Notes under the pieces: model-generated
What the model saw: the letters and a program-made list of their open reading frames with translations, nothing else
The model's database searches: none
Told to the model about the DNA's origin: nothing
From: a virus
Lineage: Duplodnaviria; Caudoviricetes
Reading direction: 5' to 3' (one strand)
Length of the DNA stretch: 64,000 bases
IMG/VR virus record: IMGVR_UViG_3300010338_000575
Made by a program: the position numbers and the translations under genes
Part shown: piece by piece, positions 7,630-18,420 of the stretch
Layout: the number at the start of each line of letters is the position of its first letter
Numbering within the stretch: the first letter of the stretch is position 1

Positions 7630-7739
7630 TTATTTTTTTTTACAAAAATACATCATTTTTTATAAATAAATACTTTTTTTTGAAAAAAAATCATAACAAT
7701 AATAAAAAATATTGTATTTATTAATAAAAAAATATAATT

Positions 7740-8339
7740 ATGTTCATAAAAAAAATAATTCAAGAAGAAATTCAAAATTTCGATTTCTTGAGTAATGATA
7801 AATATTATAATGATTCGAATATCATTAAATTATTAAATGATAATCAATTTCAAAAACAATTTATTTGTGATTCATTAATATATTCAAAAAAATATAAAAA
7901 AATTAAAGTTATAGATGATTACATTTACATTGGTGGTGATTATTATGAAGAACCAGATGAGGCATCACATATCACAATTGATTATGAAACAAGTATTGAG
8001 TATAAATATGATGATACAAATAAACCAATAAAATTCAAACTATATTTTCAAAGTGATAATGTTAGTATAACTAAATGGGAACATAAAGAATCTTATAGTT
8101 ACGGCATTTCACCACCAGATTATAGTGCAGGATTGAGTTATGTTGATTGGAACAGTATTGATGTATCGTTATTAAGTGATGATGGTGATGAAATAGAATT
8201 TACCGAATTTAATAAAGCACCTAATAAAATTAAAGAATTGTTTATTAGACAATATGTTGAAGATATTATTAGTAAAGAAATTGAATTAGAAATATATACA
8301 TATAATGACACCAAATTAAATAATATTTCATATTGTTAA
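7740..8339 (+). CDS. Hypothetical late protein
   Basis: ORF after GTATTTAT; N-terminal IKKIIQEEI. Confidence 0.65.
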   Translation: MFIKKIIQEEIQNFDFLSNDKYYNDSNIIKLLNDNQFQKQFICDSLIYSKKYKKIKVIDDYIYIGGDYYEEPDEASHITIDYETSIEYKYDDTNKPIKFKLYFQSDNVSITKWEHKESYSYGISPPDYSAGLSYVDWNSIDVSLLSDDGDEIEFTEFNKAPNKIKELFIRQYVEDIISKEIELEIYTYNDTKLNNISYC

Positions 8340-8343
8340 AAAG

Positions 8344-8745
8344 ATGCTTGAAGAAAGGGTAAAAATATTAAAGCATATTCATGAACAAATTGATAGAAAT
8401 AAATCAAATCTACTTTCACGTTATTCAAAATATTATGATTTAAAAAATATATTTAACATAAACGCATTGGAATTGTCGAATAATTATGACAATATCATAA
8501 AATATAAAACAATAAATGATCTTGATTTAAACAAAAAATCAATATTATTTTATATGCCTAAAGATTGTTATTTTGTGTATAATGATAAAACCGAAATTGA
8601 TTATATTATTTGTTTAAATGGTTGTATTGAAATAATATATCATGATATTCCAATAATTATAGATTCATTCACAAAAAAAATGATAAAAACAAATACATTA
8701 AATTGTAGGTCGTTAGAAAATTCTCATTTGTTATTTATTTTTTAA
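8344..8745 (+). CDS. Hypothetical protein, possibly cupin-like C-terminus
   Basis: ORF coupled to the previous gene; YIICLNGCIEI segment. Confidence 0.55.
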   Translation: MLEERVKILKHIHEQIDRNKSNLLSRYSKYYDLKNIFNINALELSNNYDNIIKYKTINDLDLNKKSILFYMPKDCYFVYNDKTEIDYIICLNGCIEIIYHDIPIIIDSFTKKMIKTNTLNCRSLENSHLLFIF

Positions 8746-8748
8746 ATA

Positions 8749-8952
8749 TCACCATTTTTTTAAACCACATTTAGAATTTAAACTCCTTACTTTTGCAGGT
8801 ATATAACAACCACATTTTTTACAATACTTTCTTTTTGTCATAAATTCACAATTCACACATATATTAAATCTATTAATTGCAAGATTTTCAATATCTTTAT
8901 TGGGAAATGTTAAATTATACCATCCTTGATAAATTTCATGTAATTTACTCAT
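8749..8952 (-). CDS. Small Cys-rich (Zn-binding) protein
   Basis: R..IC..CE...C.KCGC...AK......C...KW. Confidence 0.75.
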   Translation of the reverse strand: MSKLHEIYQGWYNLTFPNKDIENLAINRFNICVNCEFMTKRKYCKKCGCYIPAKVRSLNSKCGLKKW

Positions 8953-8966
8953 ATTTTATAATACGT

Positions 8967-9155
8967 TTAAATAATAATATGAAAATAAATAAGTGCTAAT
9001 ATTAACCCAATAATTATCCCAATTAGAAATGAATTTGAATTAAAACGTTTACTAACACTAAATATATGTAATATGAAGTCTATTGCACATTCAAGGTTTA
9101 TATTCCCATTTTTATATGCTATTAATACAGATTTAAGTTTATTTTCTTCTTTCAT
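8967..9155 (-). CDS. Small membrane protein
   Basis: C-terminal hydrophobic helix. Confidence 0.55.
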   Translation of the reverse strand: MKEENKLKSVLIAYKNGNINLECAIDFILHIFSVSKRFNSNSFLIGIIIGLILALIYFHIII

Positions 9156-9174
9156 ATTATTTATATTATTTAAT

Positions 9175-11013
9175 TTACCAATATATTAATCTACCACCTT
9201 TATTTGTTTTAATATTGCTATATTTTTTTGAATCAACAATAACATTATTTAATATTTCGGATGAATTTAATGCAATATCATAAATTTTTAATTTTTGAAT
9301 ACCACCAATAAATGATTTATCGAAATTTTTTTCAATTAATAGATTATTTTTTCTTTCATCTTTAACCAAAATATCATTTGCGATATATTTTATCTCTTTA
9401 ATAAAGAGAGACCCATTCATATTAACACCACCATTGGTTTCGATCAATATACCAATATTTATAAATTTTTGACCAATATTATTATCAATGTTAAACACAG
9501 TTTTTATTAATTTCCATGATTTTTCACCATATACTGATTGATTGTATGAATTTTCTATATTATATGGATATGTGTATATTATTTCTGATAATATATTAAT
9601 ATCGACATCATTTGAATATGGTAATAATGATATTTTATTTATTGTGCCACCAGTAAAATAATTATCAACATATATCAATGCTTCGATTATATAATTACGA
9701 TTTGATAATATAGAAACTAATTTGTTATATCTGATGAAAATATCAGAAATGTCATTATTATTAATACGTTTAACTTCTAATACCGATACTGGTTGAATAT
9801 TATTTAAATTATTTATTGTATAAAATTTACTGTTATTTACGTTTAATGAAAAATTATCAATTTGAATATTATCATTTAATAATGGATTTTTTATTATATT
9901 AAAATTAGAATTAACGTAATCAATATCATTATTATTATATAGCAAATATGTTTTTTTACCATAATGCCATGAGTGTTTTAAACCAAAACTACCACCACCC
10001 CAACTAATTGAAAACGGAACACCTATTTGTTTTTCTTTATCGTTTGAAAATTCTTTAAAATAAAATTCAGGAAAATTAGTTAACTTCCAAAATTTTCTAC
10101 CATTAATATAAAAAATTAAATCACCATTTCTTTGAGCATCAAAATTACAATTTAACTTACTATATGGTAAATATACAATACTAATATATGTAAATCCTGT
10201 TATAGTTAACGAATTTTTTGATATATTTGAAATAACAAGACCTTCTGAATTTATATATTTAACACCAATTTTTTTATCATTAGTTATTTCAAATGCAATT
10301 ATATTGTTTTTTAAATTGTCAATTGGATCGACACATGTATGTATTGTGGTTGTTTTAAATTCTGGCTCAGGAAACGAATTCTTCAAAACTTGTTTAGCCA
10401 TTAATGCATCTAAATAGTTATTATCACTAGTAACAACACCATTAATTTCAGTAGCACCCGATTCAAATTCACCAATATAGTATGGGTTATATTTATCTTC
10501 AGCACGTGCACCTAACATTAAAAAAATTCCATTACTATTATCATAAATATTTAAAACAGTTTCAATTGTAATACCGTTTTTATATCTTGTTGGTAATATT
10601 TGATAATCATATCCATATAATTTAAAAAAACCCTGTAAATATCCACCATTTAAATCATAATAATTACCATTGATATTATCAATAATTGGTGTTATTGGTA
10701 AATAATTTGTGATAACAGTAACACCAGTAGTTTCAATATCATTAGGATTAATGACTTCATTATAACCAATTCTATCTAATCTTAATTTAGTGTCTTGTGA
10801 ATTTAAACTAACACCACTCCACATTTTATCTGTTCTACCATAATCAAATTGTGTTAATCCGAAATCATATAATTCAATATCGCTTGAATATGCACCATCC
10901 CAACTAATTAAACTAACGACACTTAAATCATTATTTAAATTCCATGATTTATCGTTTGATATGTCAATATCAACAATCAAATTGTTCATATTTTTATTAT
11001 TCATAAAATTCAT
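9175..11013 (-). CDS. Putative virion protein (LamG/ConA-like)
   Basis: FYINGR, ISWGGG, FIGGIQKLKIYD.AL...EI motifs; late motif upstream. Confidence 0.6.
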   Translation of the reverse strand: MNFMNNKNMNNLIVDIDISNDKSWNLNNDLSVVSLISWDGAYSSDIELYDFGLTQFDYGRTDKMWSGVSLNSQDTKLRLDRIGYNEVINPNDIETTGVTVITNYLPITPIIDNINGNYYDLNGGYLQGFFKLYGYDYQILPTRYKNGITIETVLNIYDNSNGIFLMLGARAEDKYNPYYIGEFESGATEINGVVTSDNNYLDALMAKQVLKNSFPEPEFKTTTIHTCVDPIDNLKNNIIAFEITNDKKIGVKYINSEGLVISNISKNSLTITGFTYISIVYLPYSKLNCNFDAQRNGDLIFYINGRKFWKLTNFPEFYFKEFSNDKEKQIGVPFSISWGGGSFGLKHSWHYGKKTYLLYNNNDIDYVNSNFNIIKNPLLNDNIQIDNFSLNVNNSKFYTINNLNNIQPVSVLEVKRINNNDISDIFIRYNKLVSILSNRNYIIEALIYVDNYFTGGTINKISLLPYSNDVDINILSEIIYTYPYNIENSYNQSVYGEKSWKLIKTVFNIDNNIGQKFINIGILIETNGGVNMNGSLFIKEIKYIANDILVKDERKNNLLIEKNFDKSFIGGIQKLKIYDIALNSSEILNNVIVDSKKYSNIKTNKGGRLIYW

Positions 11014-11130
11014 TATGTTAACTATTTATTAATAAATACTATTTATGTTTATATTTAGAGTAATATATTTAAATAATAAATCGTATTTATATTATATATA
11101 ATAAAATAATTTCGTTTAAAATAATATGTT

Positions 11131-11769
11131 ATGAAAAAAAATCAAAATACTAAGGAGAAATTATTTGAAATGATGTCGAAAATAAATCCGGATTTTAAAA
11201 TAAATGAAATATCGACAGGTCTTGCTAGAAATGCTGCAAACAAGGCATTAGATGCGACGGATGATCCAAATATTAAACCAATTGAAAGATATCGAAGGTT
11301 TTATCAAGCAAATAAATTAATGGATTATATTAATCCAAACTTATTGCGTTATTTAGAATCACAACTTAAAGATATTCCAAATGTTGAAATTCATGGTGGT
11401 CATGAAGCGGTTGTAATAAAAATACCTAAATCAAATGAAAATAATATAAACAATAATAATTACGATAATTATATAGAAATAATTATATCACCTAATGATT
11501 ATCGTATTAAAAATGATGAGAAGGACTATATAAGAAATTTACCATATGATATTATTAGAAAATTACCAACTATAATAAAAAAAGTCCAAAGCGACTTACG
11601 TAGTGAAAAAAATATATTTAATCCACCAACACAAAAAAAATCCGATGAAATAAATAATATTGATTCTAACGATAATAATAAAAAATACGATACTATTTCA
11701 AATGATAATGATAAAAAATATGATTTTTTTAGAAGAATTTTTAATGGTAAAAAAATAAAAAATTTATAA
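11131..11769 (+). CDS. Hypothetical late protein, possibly an internal head protein
   Basis: KLFEMMSKINPDFKINE N-terminus; late motif upstream. Confidence 0.6.
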   Translation: MKKNQNTKEKLFEMMSKINPDFKINEISTGLARNAANKALDATDDPNIKPIERYRRFYQANKLMDYINPNLLRYLESQLKDIPNVEIHGGHEAVVIKIPKSNENNINNNNYDNYIEIIISPNDYRIKNDEKDYIRNLPYDIIRKLPTIIKKVQSDLRSEKNIFNPPTQKKSDEINNIDSNDNNKKYDTISNDNDKKYDFFRRIFNGKKIKNL

Positions 11770-11777
11770 AAAAAATT

Positions 11778-12557
11778 ATGAATAAGACTATTAATAAATA
11801 TAAAATTTCTGAGATTATAAAAGAAATTGTCGATCCCAATTTAATTGATTTATCATCGATACAACTACACGATGTGTTAAACCCAGATATTTGGGATAAA
11901 AACGATAAGATAAAACCCGACGTGAGAAAAATTTTATTAAAAAACGCAAAAAGATTTATTGAATTTTGTGATATTGAAGATTTAAAATTTGATGATATTA
12001 TTTTAACTGGTAGTCTTGCTAATTATAATTATAATGAAAATTCTGATTTGGATGTTCATATTGTTTTAAATTATTCACAAATTTCAAACAATAAAGATTT
12101 TGTTGGTGATTTTTTTAGATTAAAAAAAGAATTATGGTCATCTAAATATACAATAAAAGTTAAGGGTTTTGATGTTGAACTTTATATTCAAGACAGTAAT
12201 GAATTACATTATTCAACTGGTGTATATTCATTAATAAAAAACAAATGGGTTCGAAAACCAACTAAAAAAATAATATCAATCAATACGAATATTATAAAAC
12301 AAAAAGCATTTGATATTATGAATTCAATTGATGATTTAGAAACGAATTTAAATCGAAATGATTTTATGATAAAATACAATATGTTAAAAAATAAAATAAA
12401 AAAGTATAGACAATCTGGTTTGGAAAAAAATGGTGAATATTCAGTTGAAAATCTAGTATTTAAAATACTGCGAAATACTGGATATTTAAAAAAATTAACA
12501 GATTTAAAAAAACGTTTTTTAGAAAAAGAATTATCGTTAAATGAAATAAATTTTTGA
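11778..12557 (+). CDS. Pol beta-superfamily nucleotidyltransferase
   Basis: LTGSLANYNY...SDLDVH and third acidic residue in DVELY. Confidence 0.85.
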   Translation: MNKTINKYKISEIIKEIVDPNLIDLSSIQLHDVLNPDIWDKNDKIKPDVRKILLKNAKRFIEFCDIEDLKFDDIILTGSLANYNYNENSDLDVHIVLNYSQISNNKDFVGDFFRLKKELWSSKYTIKVKGFDVELYIQDSNELHYSTGVYSLIKNKWVRKPTKKIISINTNIIKQKAFDIMNSIDDLETNLNRNDFMIKYNMLKNKIKKYRQSGLEKNGEYSVENLVFKILRNTGYLKKLTDLKKRFLEKELSLNEINF

Positions 12558-12560
12558 TAT

Positions 12561-12809
12561 ATGAAAAAATTTATCATAACAAAAAAACAATTAAATGAAT
12601 TTATCGAATTAAAAAAAAGCAATAAAATATTTTTCGAAATTATTGAAAATATTCACTATAATGAAAAGTTTTTAAATGAATCGGTTCTAATAAAAAAAGC
12701 AAATCAAACATTAATTGATAATTATTATAGAAAAAATCTAATAACACCTAAAGTTGAAGAAATGTTGATAAAATTTAAAATCATTAATAATAATCGAGAA
12801 ATTATTTAA
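12561..12809 (+). CDS. Hypothetical protein
   Basis: MKKFIITKKQLNE N-terminus; operonic. Confidence 0.6.
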   Translation: MKKFIITKKQLNEFIELKKSNKIFFEIIENIHYNEKFLNESVLIKKANQTLIDNYYRKNLITPKVEEMLIKFKIINNNREII

Positions 12810-12885
12810 TTTATAATTTTTTTTATTATTACTCAAGTATTTATTGATAAAATAACGTAAATAATTAGAATAAAAAATATTACAA

Positions 12886-15243
12886 ATGAAAAAACGAATT
12901 TCAGAAGATGCCTATTATAATAGGTTGGTACAATTGGCTGATGTTAATGGTAGTTTAAAAAAATCAAATGGTATTAGTCTTGGTACTTTGATTGATTATA
13001 AAAGAACGGATGATGGTATTGCATACGGTATTGTAAAAGAAAATCATAATTATTATATTAAAAAAGGTGGTTTGAAAAAAGACCCCGATGTAAGTGATTT
13101 TGTATATATTGGTGGTCTTGAAAATAAAAATAAATATTGTTACAAAACATTGGCTGAGGCTGATAAAAATAGAACAATGATTATTAACACCATTAACGAA
13201 ACGTATAGCCTAAGAATCGATAAACCAAAACTTAATGAAGATTCTGCTGGTGAAGAAATTGCCAAAGCAGAAAAAAAATTAGGTGATGCTGAAATTGCTG
13301 CATCAGCAGAAACCACAACAAACGATAATACTGATAGTTTGGAAAATAATATGGGTGATGATATTGCAAACGATCAACCAGATGGTGAATCGAGTGATAG
13401 TGGTGTTGATGACACTGAAAATCCTGATGAAACTTCTGATGATGAAATTGAAACAGATTCTGAAGATAATTTGGATGATATTTCTGAAGATGAACCAACA
13501 AAAGAAATTGAAAAACTTATAGGTAAGGTTACTAATAAAATAAGAAATACTGAATTAACCGATACACAAGTTAAATCATACGTTAATTCATTTCTATCTT
13601 CATTTAAAGATAAATTTACTGAAATTGATATTGTGGATAGAAAAAAAATGGCAGATAAAATATTAAAGGTTGTACCAAAAGAAAAAATTGAAGATTTAAC
13701 AAAGGATACTGAAAACACAAAAGAGGAAGAATTGTCTGAAGAAAAATGTAATGAATGTGGTGATTTCGTTAATTTCGCCAAATCGAGAGGTTATGATAGT
13801 GCTGAATCAATAACGGAATGTAGTGTTGATGAAGTTGCTAATTTAGTTGGTGGTTATGCCACTGCGTATAATGATGGTATGAATGATGGTGATTTTGATA
13901 ATGTGGCATTAGTTATTAAAATAAAAACACCTGAAATATTAAACACATTAAAAAATGATTATGGTCATGTTGATTATGCTAATAAATTAGAACCAATTGT
14001 GAATAAAATGAATGAAAGTGACGATGATGATATTGAAAAACTTAATGAATTATTTGGTGGTTTAAAAAGTGCTATTAAAAAAACCACAGAACCAATCAAA
14101 CAAGGCGTACAATCAGTTGGTAATAAATTAAAACAGGGTGTTGATGCAGTAAATAAATTCGGACAAGAAGTAAAACAAGCATATCATGCGGGTGAAGTTA
14201 AGTCTGAAATTGAAAGACTTGAAAAAGTTGCAAATGATTTGGGTAAACAACTTGCTGCATTAAACACAAGATTACAAAAGGCTGGTAAAGAACCAGTTAA
14301 TGTTAATAGTATTTTAACCACAATAAAAAATCAATTAGGTTCAAAAGGTAGTGTTAGCATTAATGACAAGATACAAGAAGATGAGGTTAATAATGTTGAA
14401 ACACAACCAGATGTAAAAATTGCACAAGATTCTGACGTTATTGGCGTTATTACACCTGAAAAATCGTCTAATATTGAAACTAAATTAAATGAATTATATG
14501 CAAAAATAAACGATATTCAAAAAAGAATATCTGAATCGAAAAAAGAAAAACCATCGGCAGGTTTATCAAAAACAAAAAAATCTGAAGTAGTTAAAGCAGC
14601 AAAGGCAGGTAAAGATATTGGAAAAAAGGGTAAAAACTTTGAAAAAATTGCAAAAAAAGCCACTGATAAGTACGGTGATGAAGAAACTGGAAAAAAAGTT
14701 GCTGCTGCTGTAATGTGGAAAAATATTAAAAGAGAGGATGTTGAAAAAGAAAAGACAATTAGTGAAAGTGAACAAAAACTTAGAAAATATATTCGTAGAC
14801 GTTTAGAAGAAAAAATGGGATTGAAAAAACCGATGATAAACGAAAGCATAAAAAGTGAAAAATTGAAAAAACTCGATAGTATGATTGATAATGAATTTAG
14901 TTTATTTGAGAGTTTATTAAAAGGAAATAATGTTAATGAAATTTTTGGTTTATCATATGAAGAAAAATTTCGAAAATTAAAACCAGAAAATGTTAAAGAA
15001 GTCGATTCGATTTTTAGAAATGTTTTTTCACATGAATTAACTGTATATGGTTCGTATAAAATTGCGTATAAAAAAACAACACCTGAAAGAAAATATGAAA
15101 TATTAACAAAATATTTCAATAATGGTAGTAAAGGTGGTATTGTTGTTGATTATAAAGGTGATGGTCAATTACAATACGCCGAAAAATCACCAATTAAACA
15201 GGGTGGTAGTTTAAGTGGTCTTGGATTTAATGCGGGTTATTAA
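12886..15243 (+). CDS. Large acidic/coiled-coil late protein, probable head core or internal protein
   Basis: Many (I/L/V)NE and ISE sites, acidic tract, late motif. Confidence 0.55.
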   Translation: MKKRISEDAYYNRLVQLADVNGSLKKSNGISLGTLIDYKRTDDGIAYGIVKENHNYYIKKGGLKKDPDVSDFVYIGGLENKNKYCYKTLAEADKNRTMIINTINETYSLRIDKPKLNEDSAGEEIAKAEKKLGDAEIAASAETTTNDNTDSLENNMGDDIANDQPDGESSDSGVDDTENPDETSDDEIETDSEDNLDDISEDEPTKEIEKLIGKVTNKIRNTELTDTQVKSYVNSFLSSFKDKFTEIDIVDRKKMADKILKVVPKEKIEDLTKDTENTKEEELSEEKCNECGDFVNFAKSRGYDSAESITECSVDEVANLVGGYATAYNDGMNDGDFDNVALVIKIKTPEILNTLKNDYGHVDYANKLEPIVNKMNESDDDDIEKLNELFGGLKSAIKKTTEPIKQGVQSVGNKLKQGVDAVNKFGQEVKQAYHAGEVKSEIERLEKVANDLGKQLAALNTRLQKAGKEPVNVNSILTTIKNQLGSKGSVSINDKIQEDEVNNVETQPDVKIAQDSDVIGVITPEKSSNIETKLNELYAKINDIQKRISESKKEKPSAGLSKTKKSEVVKAAKAGKDIGKKGKNFEKIAKKATDKYGDEETGKKVAAAVMWKNIKREDVEKEKTISESEQKLRKYIRRRLEEKMGLKKPMINESIKSEKLKKLDSMIDNEFSLFESLLKGNNVNEIFGLSYEEKFRKLKPENVKEVDSIFRNVFSHELTVYGSYKIAYKKTTPERKYEILTKYFNNGSKGGIVVDYKGDGQLQYAEKSPIKQGGSLSGLGFNAGY

Positions 15244-15261
15244 AAAAATAATCTTATTAAT

Positions 15262-15295
15262 AAAAAAGTCCCAAAAAAAATTTTGGGACTTTTTT
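15262..15295 (+). terminator. Intrinsic terminator
   Basis: AAAAAAGTCCCAAAA...TTTTGGGACTTTTTT. Confidence 0.8.
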
Positions 15296-15339
15296 GTAAC
15301 AAAAATTTTAAAATATCGTATATTTGAAAAAAAAGTAAA

Positions 15340-15702
15340 ATGAAACTATTGAGAACATATATTGGTGGGTCAAAAAAGAATGAGGATAATATTTTCGATA
15401 ATTTGTGTGATGAAAATGACAATGTTGATTGGATTAACTATAAAAAATATTTCATGCTGTTTGCAGAAGATTATGAAATTGTCATAAAATCAAGAATTAA
15501 ACTATCGTCAATTTTATTATTTATATTTTTATTATTAATACTAATATCAAATTCAATTTTTCAAATACTTTCAATCATTCTGTTTGCTATTATTTTATAT
15601 TACAATATAAAACTTAATAAAAAATATAAAAGAATTAAGATGTTAAATGAAATGACAATTGGATTAATTAATAGTAATCTTTATAAATTATATAATTTAT
15701 AA
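15340..15702 (+). CDS. Membrane protein
   Basis: Two TM segments; TGTAAC-N16-CGTA upstream. Confidence 0.6.
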   Translation: MKLLRTYIGGSKKNEDNIFDNLCDENDNVDWINYKKYFMLFAEDYEIVIKSRIKLSSILLFIFLLLILISNSIFQILSIILFAIILYYNIKLNKKYKRIKMLNEMTIGLINSNLYKLYNL

Positions 15703-15726
15703 GTATTTATAAAAAAATTTATTACT

Positions 15727-16206
15727 ATGAAATATGATGAAAATAAATTAAAATTAATATACATAAATAAAATTGGATATAATTCAAAAGGTGAAGGTTT
15801 ATATGAATTTATATTCTCAAACGACCCAACTAATATCGATGTTGAAGGTTGGTGTTGGGATTTAAGCCCTGCTTGTGATAATGCATTACCACCAACGAAA
15901 GATTATGTTGATGCTATTATTAATTTAAAAACAAGTTTATTTGATTTGTTTTGTTTACATGAAGCGGTTGATAGAGAATATATGCATGGATATCATACGA
16001 TACATGCATTGGCTTATGAAATTGAAAAACAAGATGATGAATATCAAAATGACTATGAAAATATGTTCGAACAAGATAATGATGATTTACCATTATTAGT
16101 TTTTCATTATGGGATGTCATTATCAAAAATAAAAGATATGTTAACATCAAGAAAAATTATTTTAAAAAATAATGAATTTGTTGAAATATCATCAATTGAA
16201 CTTTAA
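15727..16206 (+). CDS. Hypothetical protein upstream of terminase
   Basis: ORF with late motif. Confidence 0.65.
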   Translation: MKYDENKLKLIYINKIGYNSKGEGLYEFIFSNDPTNIDVEGWCWDLSPACDNALPPTKDYVDAIINLKTSLFDLFCLHEAVDREYMHGYHTIHALAYEIEKQDDEYQNDYENMFEQDNDDLPLLVFHYGMSLSKIKDMLTSRKIILKNNEFVEISSIEL

Positions 16207-16225
16207 ATAATATTATTTAATGAAT

Positions 16226-16260
16226 AAAAAAGCACCATATGTATTATGGTGCTTTTTTTT
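16226..16260 (+). terminator. Intrinsic terminator
   Basis: AAAAAAGCACCATA..TATGGTGCTTTTTTT. Confidence 0.8.
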
Positions 16261-16295
16261 ATTTATATATTCTGTATTTATATAAAAAAACGAAC

Positions 16296-18341
16296 ATGAG
16301 TGTTGATTTTGATGATATTAATGAAATTAATGATGATGAAACGTTTGAAACTGTTTTTGATAGAACACAGTTTGATGAAAAACGATTAAAAGAAAAGGAA
16401 GATGCTAGAAAATTAGCATATGAAATTAGAAAAAAATCAGGTAAACAAGAACCAATTATTGTAACAAAAAATGGTATAATAAAAAGGGCAAGTGAATTAA
16501 CTTATACTGAACAAGAGTTTGAAATAATTAGATGTGCATCTGATCCAATATATTTTATTGAAACATATTTAACAATATTTGACCAAACACAAGGTGAAAG
16601 TGGTATGATAGTACCATTTAAACTATTTCCAATGCAAAAAAAATTAATCGAATGTTATCTTAATGAAAGATTTGTAATTGCAAATAAATATAGACAAGCG
16701 GGCATATCAACAACAACCTGTGCATATATTGCTTGGTATATTATGTTTCAACCCAATAGACAAGTTGCAATCGTTGCAGATAAACTTGAAACTGCACGTG
16801 ATGAATTAATGTTTGATGTTGTTGAATTTATTGATAATTGTCCTGAGTGGTTAAGACCTAAAACAGGTAGAGACACTGAAAAAGGATTAAAAGACACACA
16901 AAAATTAAAATTATATGATAATGGTTCTCGTTTAGGTGCGTTTAGTTCAAAAGGTCTCCGTGGTATGACACCAACATTATTGTTTTGGGATGAAACTGCT
17001 TGGACTGAAAAGGGGGATAAATTTTGGACATCTGCATTACCTACATTACAAACTGGTGGTCGTGCTATTATGGTTAGCACACCATCTGGATTAGACCCAG
17101 TTTTTTACAAAACATTTATGGGTGCACGTGCAGGTGAAAATAATTTTAAAGCGGTTGAACTTTGGTGGTTTAATGATCCACGTTATAATAAAAATTTAAC
17201 TTGGGTAAAAAATAAAGGTAGAGAAAATGAAATTAGATTAATTGATGAAAATTGGGATGAAGAAAAAAGAATTAAATTACATGATGAAGGATGGGAAGCA
17301 ACGTCACCTTGGTTTGAATTACAAGTTCGAAACGCAAACGGTGATATGCGTAAAATTGCACAAGAAATTTTATGTTCTTTTTTAGGATCGGGTGATAATT
17401 TTATTGATGAAAAATATTTAAAAAGAATTGAAGAAAATGAAGTTAAAATACCGATAAGACAAGAATTTACAGATTTAAATTTTTGGATATGGGAGGACCC
17501 AATTGTAGGTGAAGATTATATTATGGGTGTTGATGTATCACCGGGTCATGGGGAAGATTATTCAACCATTAATATATTAAAAATAATAGAATATATTGAA
17601 ATTAAAAACATTATAAAAAATAATATAGAAAAAAAAGTAAAACTGAAAAAGTACAAAACGGAACAAGTTGCTGAATATTATGGTAAAGTAACACCACAAT
17701 TACTTGCAGAAATTGCACTACAATACGGTAAAAGATATAATAATGCCTATTGTGTTGTTGATATTACTGGTGGTTTTGGTATTCAAACAGTAGAAAAATT
17801 ATTAGAATTTGGATACGATAACATCCATTATGCAGAAATATCTCACAAACCGAGTAGAGATATGTTACATGGTTATGTGAAAAGAAGTCAAAAAACAATG
17901 CCAGATGGTACTACAATCACAGTTGATTTAGTTCCCGGTTTTTTTATTGGTAATAATCGAGCATCAGTTTTACTTGAAATGCAACGAGCAATACATTTAG
18001 AAGAAGTTGTTATACATTCAATAAGATTATTAAACGAATTAAAAACATTTATAACCGTACCCGGCAATCGTGTTGCAGACCATAAACGTAGTTTTCATGA
18101 TGATAGTATTATGGGATTTGCCATCAGTTTGTATACATTAAATTACACAATGAATAGATTTAAACAAAATAAAGGATTTACTGAAAAAATGTTAAATGCG
18201 ATTCTTTCTGTTAACGATATTAATGATATTGGTATGAAACAAAACACACCAAACAAACCAATAATACCACCTAACCCTAATTCAGAATTAAATCCTTATA
18301 TCACATATTCATGGCTTTTTAACGGATTAAAAAATAAATAA
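16296..18341 (+). CDS. Terminase large subunit (T4 gp17-like)
   Basis: KYRQAGIST Walker A, LFWDETA Walker B, VSTPSG, GVDVS, HDDSIM; start moved to MSVDF after the late motif. Confidence 0.95.
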   Translation: MSVDFDDINEINDDETFETVFDRTQFDEKRLKEKEDARKLAYEIRKKSGKQEPIIVTKNGIIKRASELTYTEQEFEIIRCASDPIYFIETYLTIFDQTQGESGMIVPFKLFPMQKKLIECYLNERFVIANKYRQAGISTTTCAYIAWYIMFQPNRQVAIVADKLETARDELMFDVVEFIDNCPEWLRPKTGRDTEKGLKDTQKLKLYDNGSRLGAFSSKGLRGMTPTLLFWDETAWTEKGDKFWTSALPTLQTGGRAIMVSTPSGLDPVFYKTFMGARAGENNFKAVELWWFNDPRYNKNLTWVKNKGRENEIRLIDENWDEEKRIKLHDEGWEATSPWFELQVRNANGDMRKIAQEILCSFLGSGDNFIDEKYLKRIEENEVKIPIRQEFTDLNFWIWEDPIVGEDYIMGVDVSPGHGEDYSTINILKIIEYIEIKNIIKNNIEKKVKLKKYKTEQVAEYYGKVTPQLLAEIALQYGKRYNNAYCVVDITGGFGIQTVEKLLEFGYDNIHYAEISHKPSRDMLHGYVKRSQKTMPDGTTITVDLVPGFFIGNNRASVLLEMQRAIHLEEVVIHSIRLLNELKTFITVPGNRVADHKRSFHDDSIMGFAISLYTLNYTMNRFKQNKGFTEKMLNAILSVNDINDIGMKQNTPNKPIIPPNPNSELNPYITYSWLFNGLKNK

Positions 18342-18420
18342 ACCATAAAAAAAGTATTTATATTATAATACTTTTTGATAGTATTTAAGTATTTATAAAA
18401 AAATATAAAAAATAATAAAT

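Noticed and set aside
5203-7724. ORF-track entries 5203-5529, 6102-6332, 7115-7426, 7440-7724
   Set aside because: They overlap tRNA genes or the antisense of the attenuator; spurious
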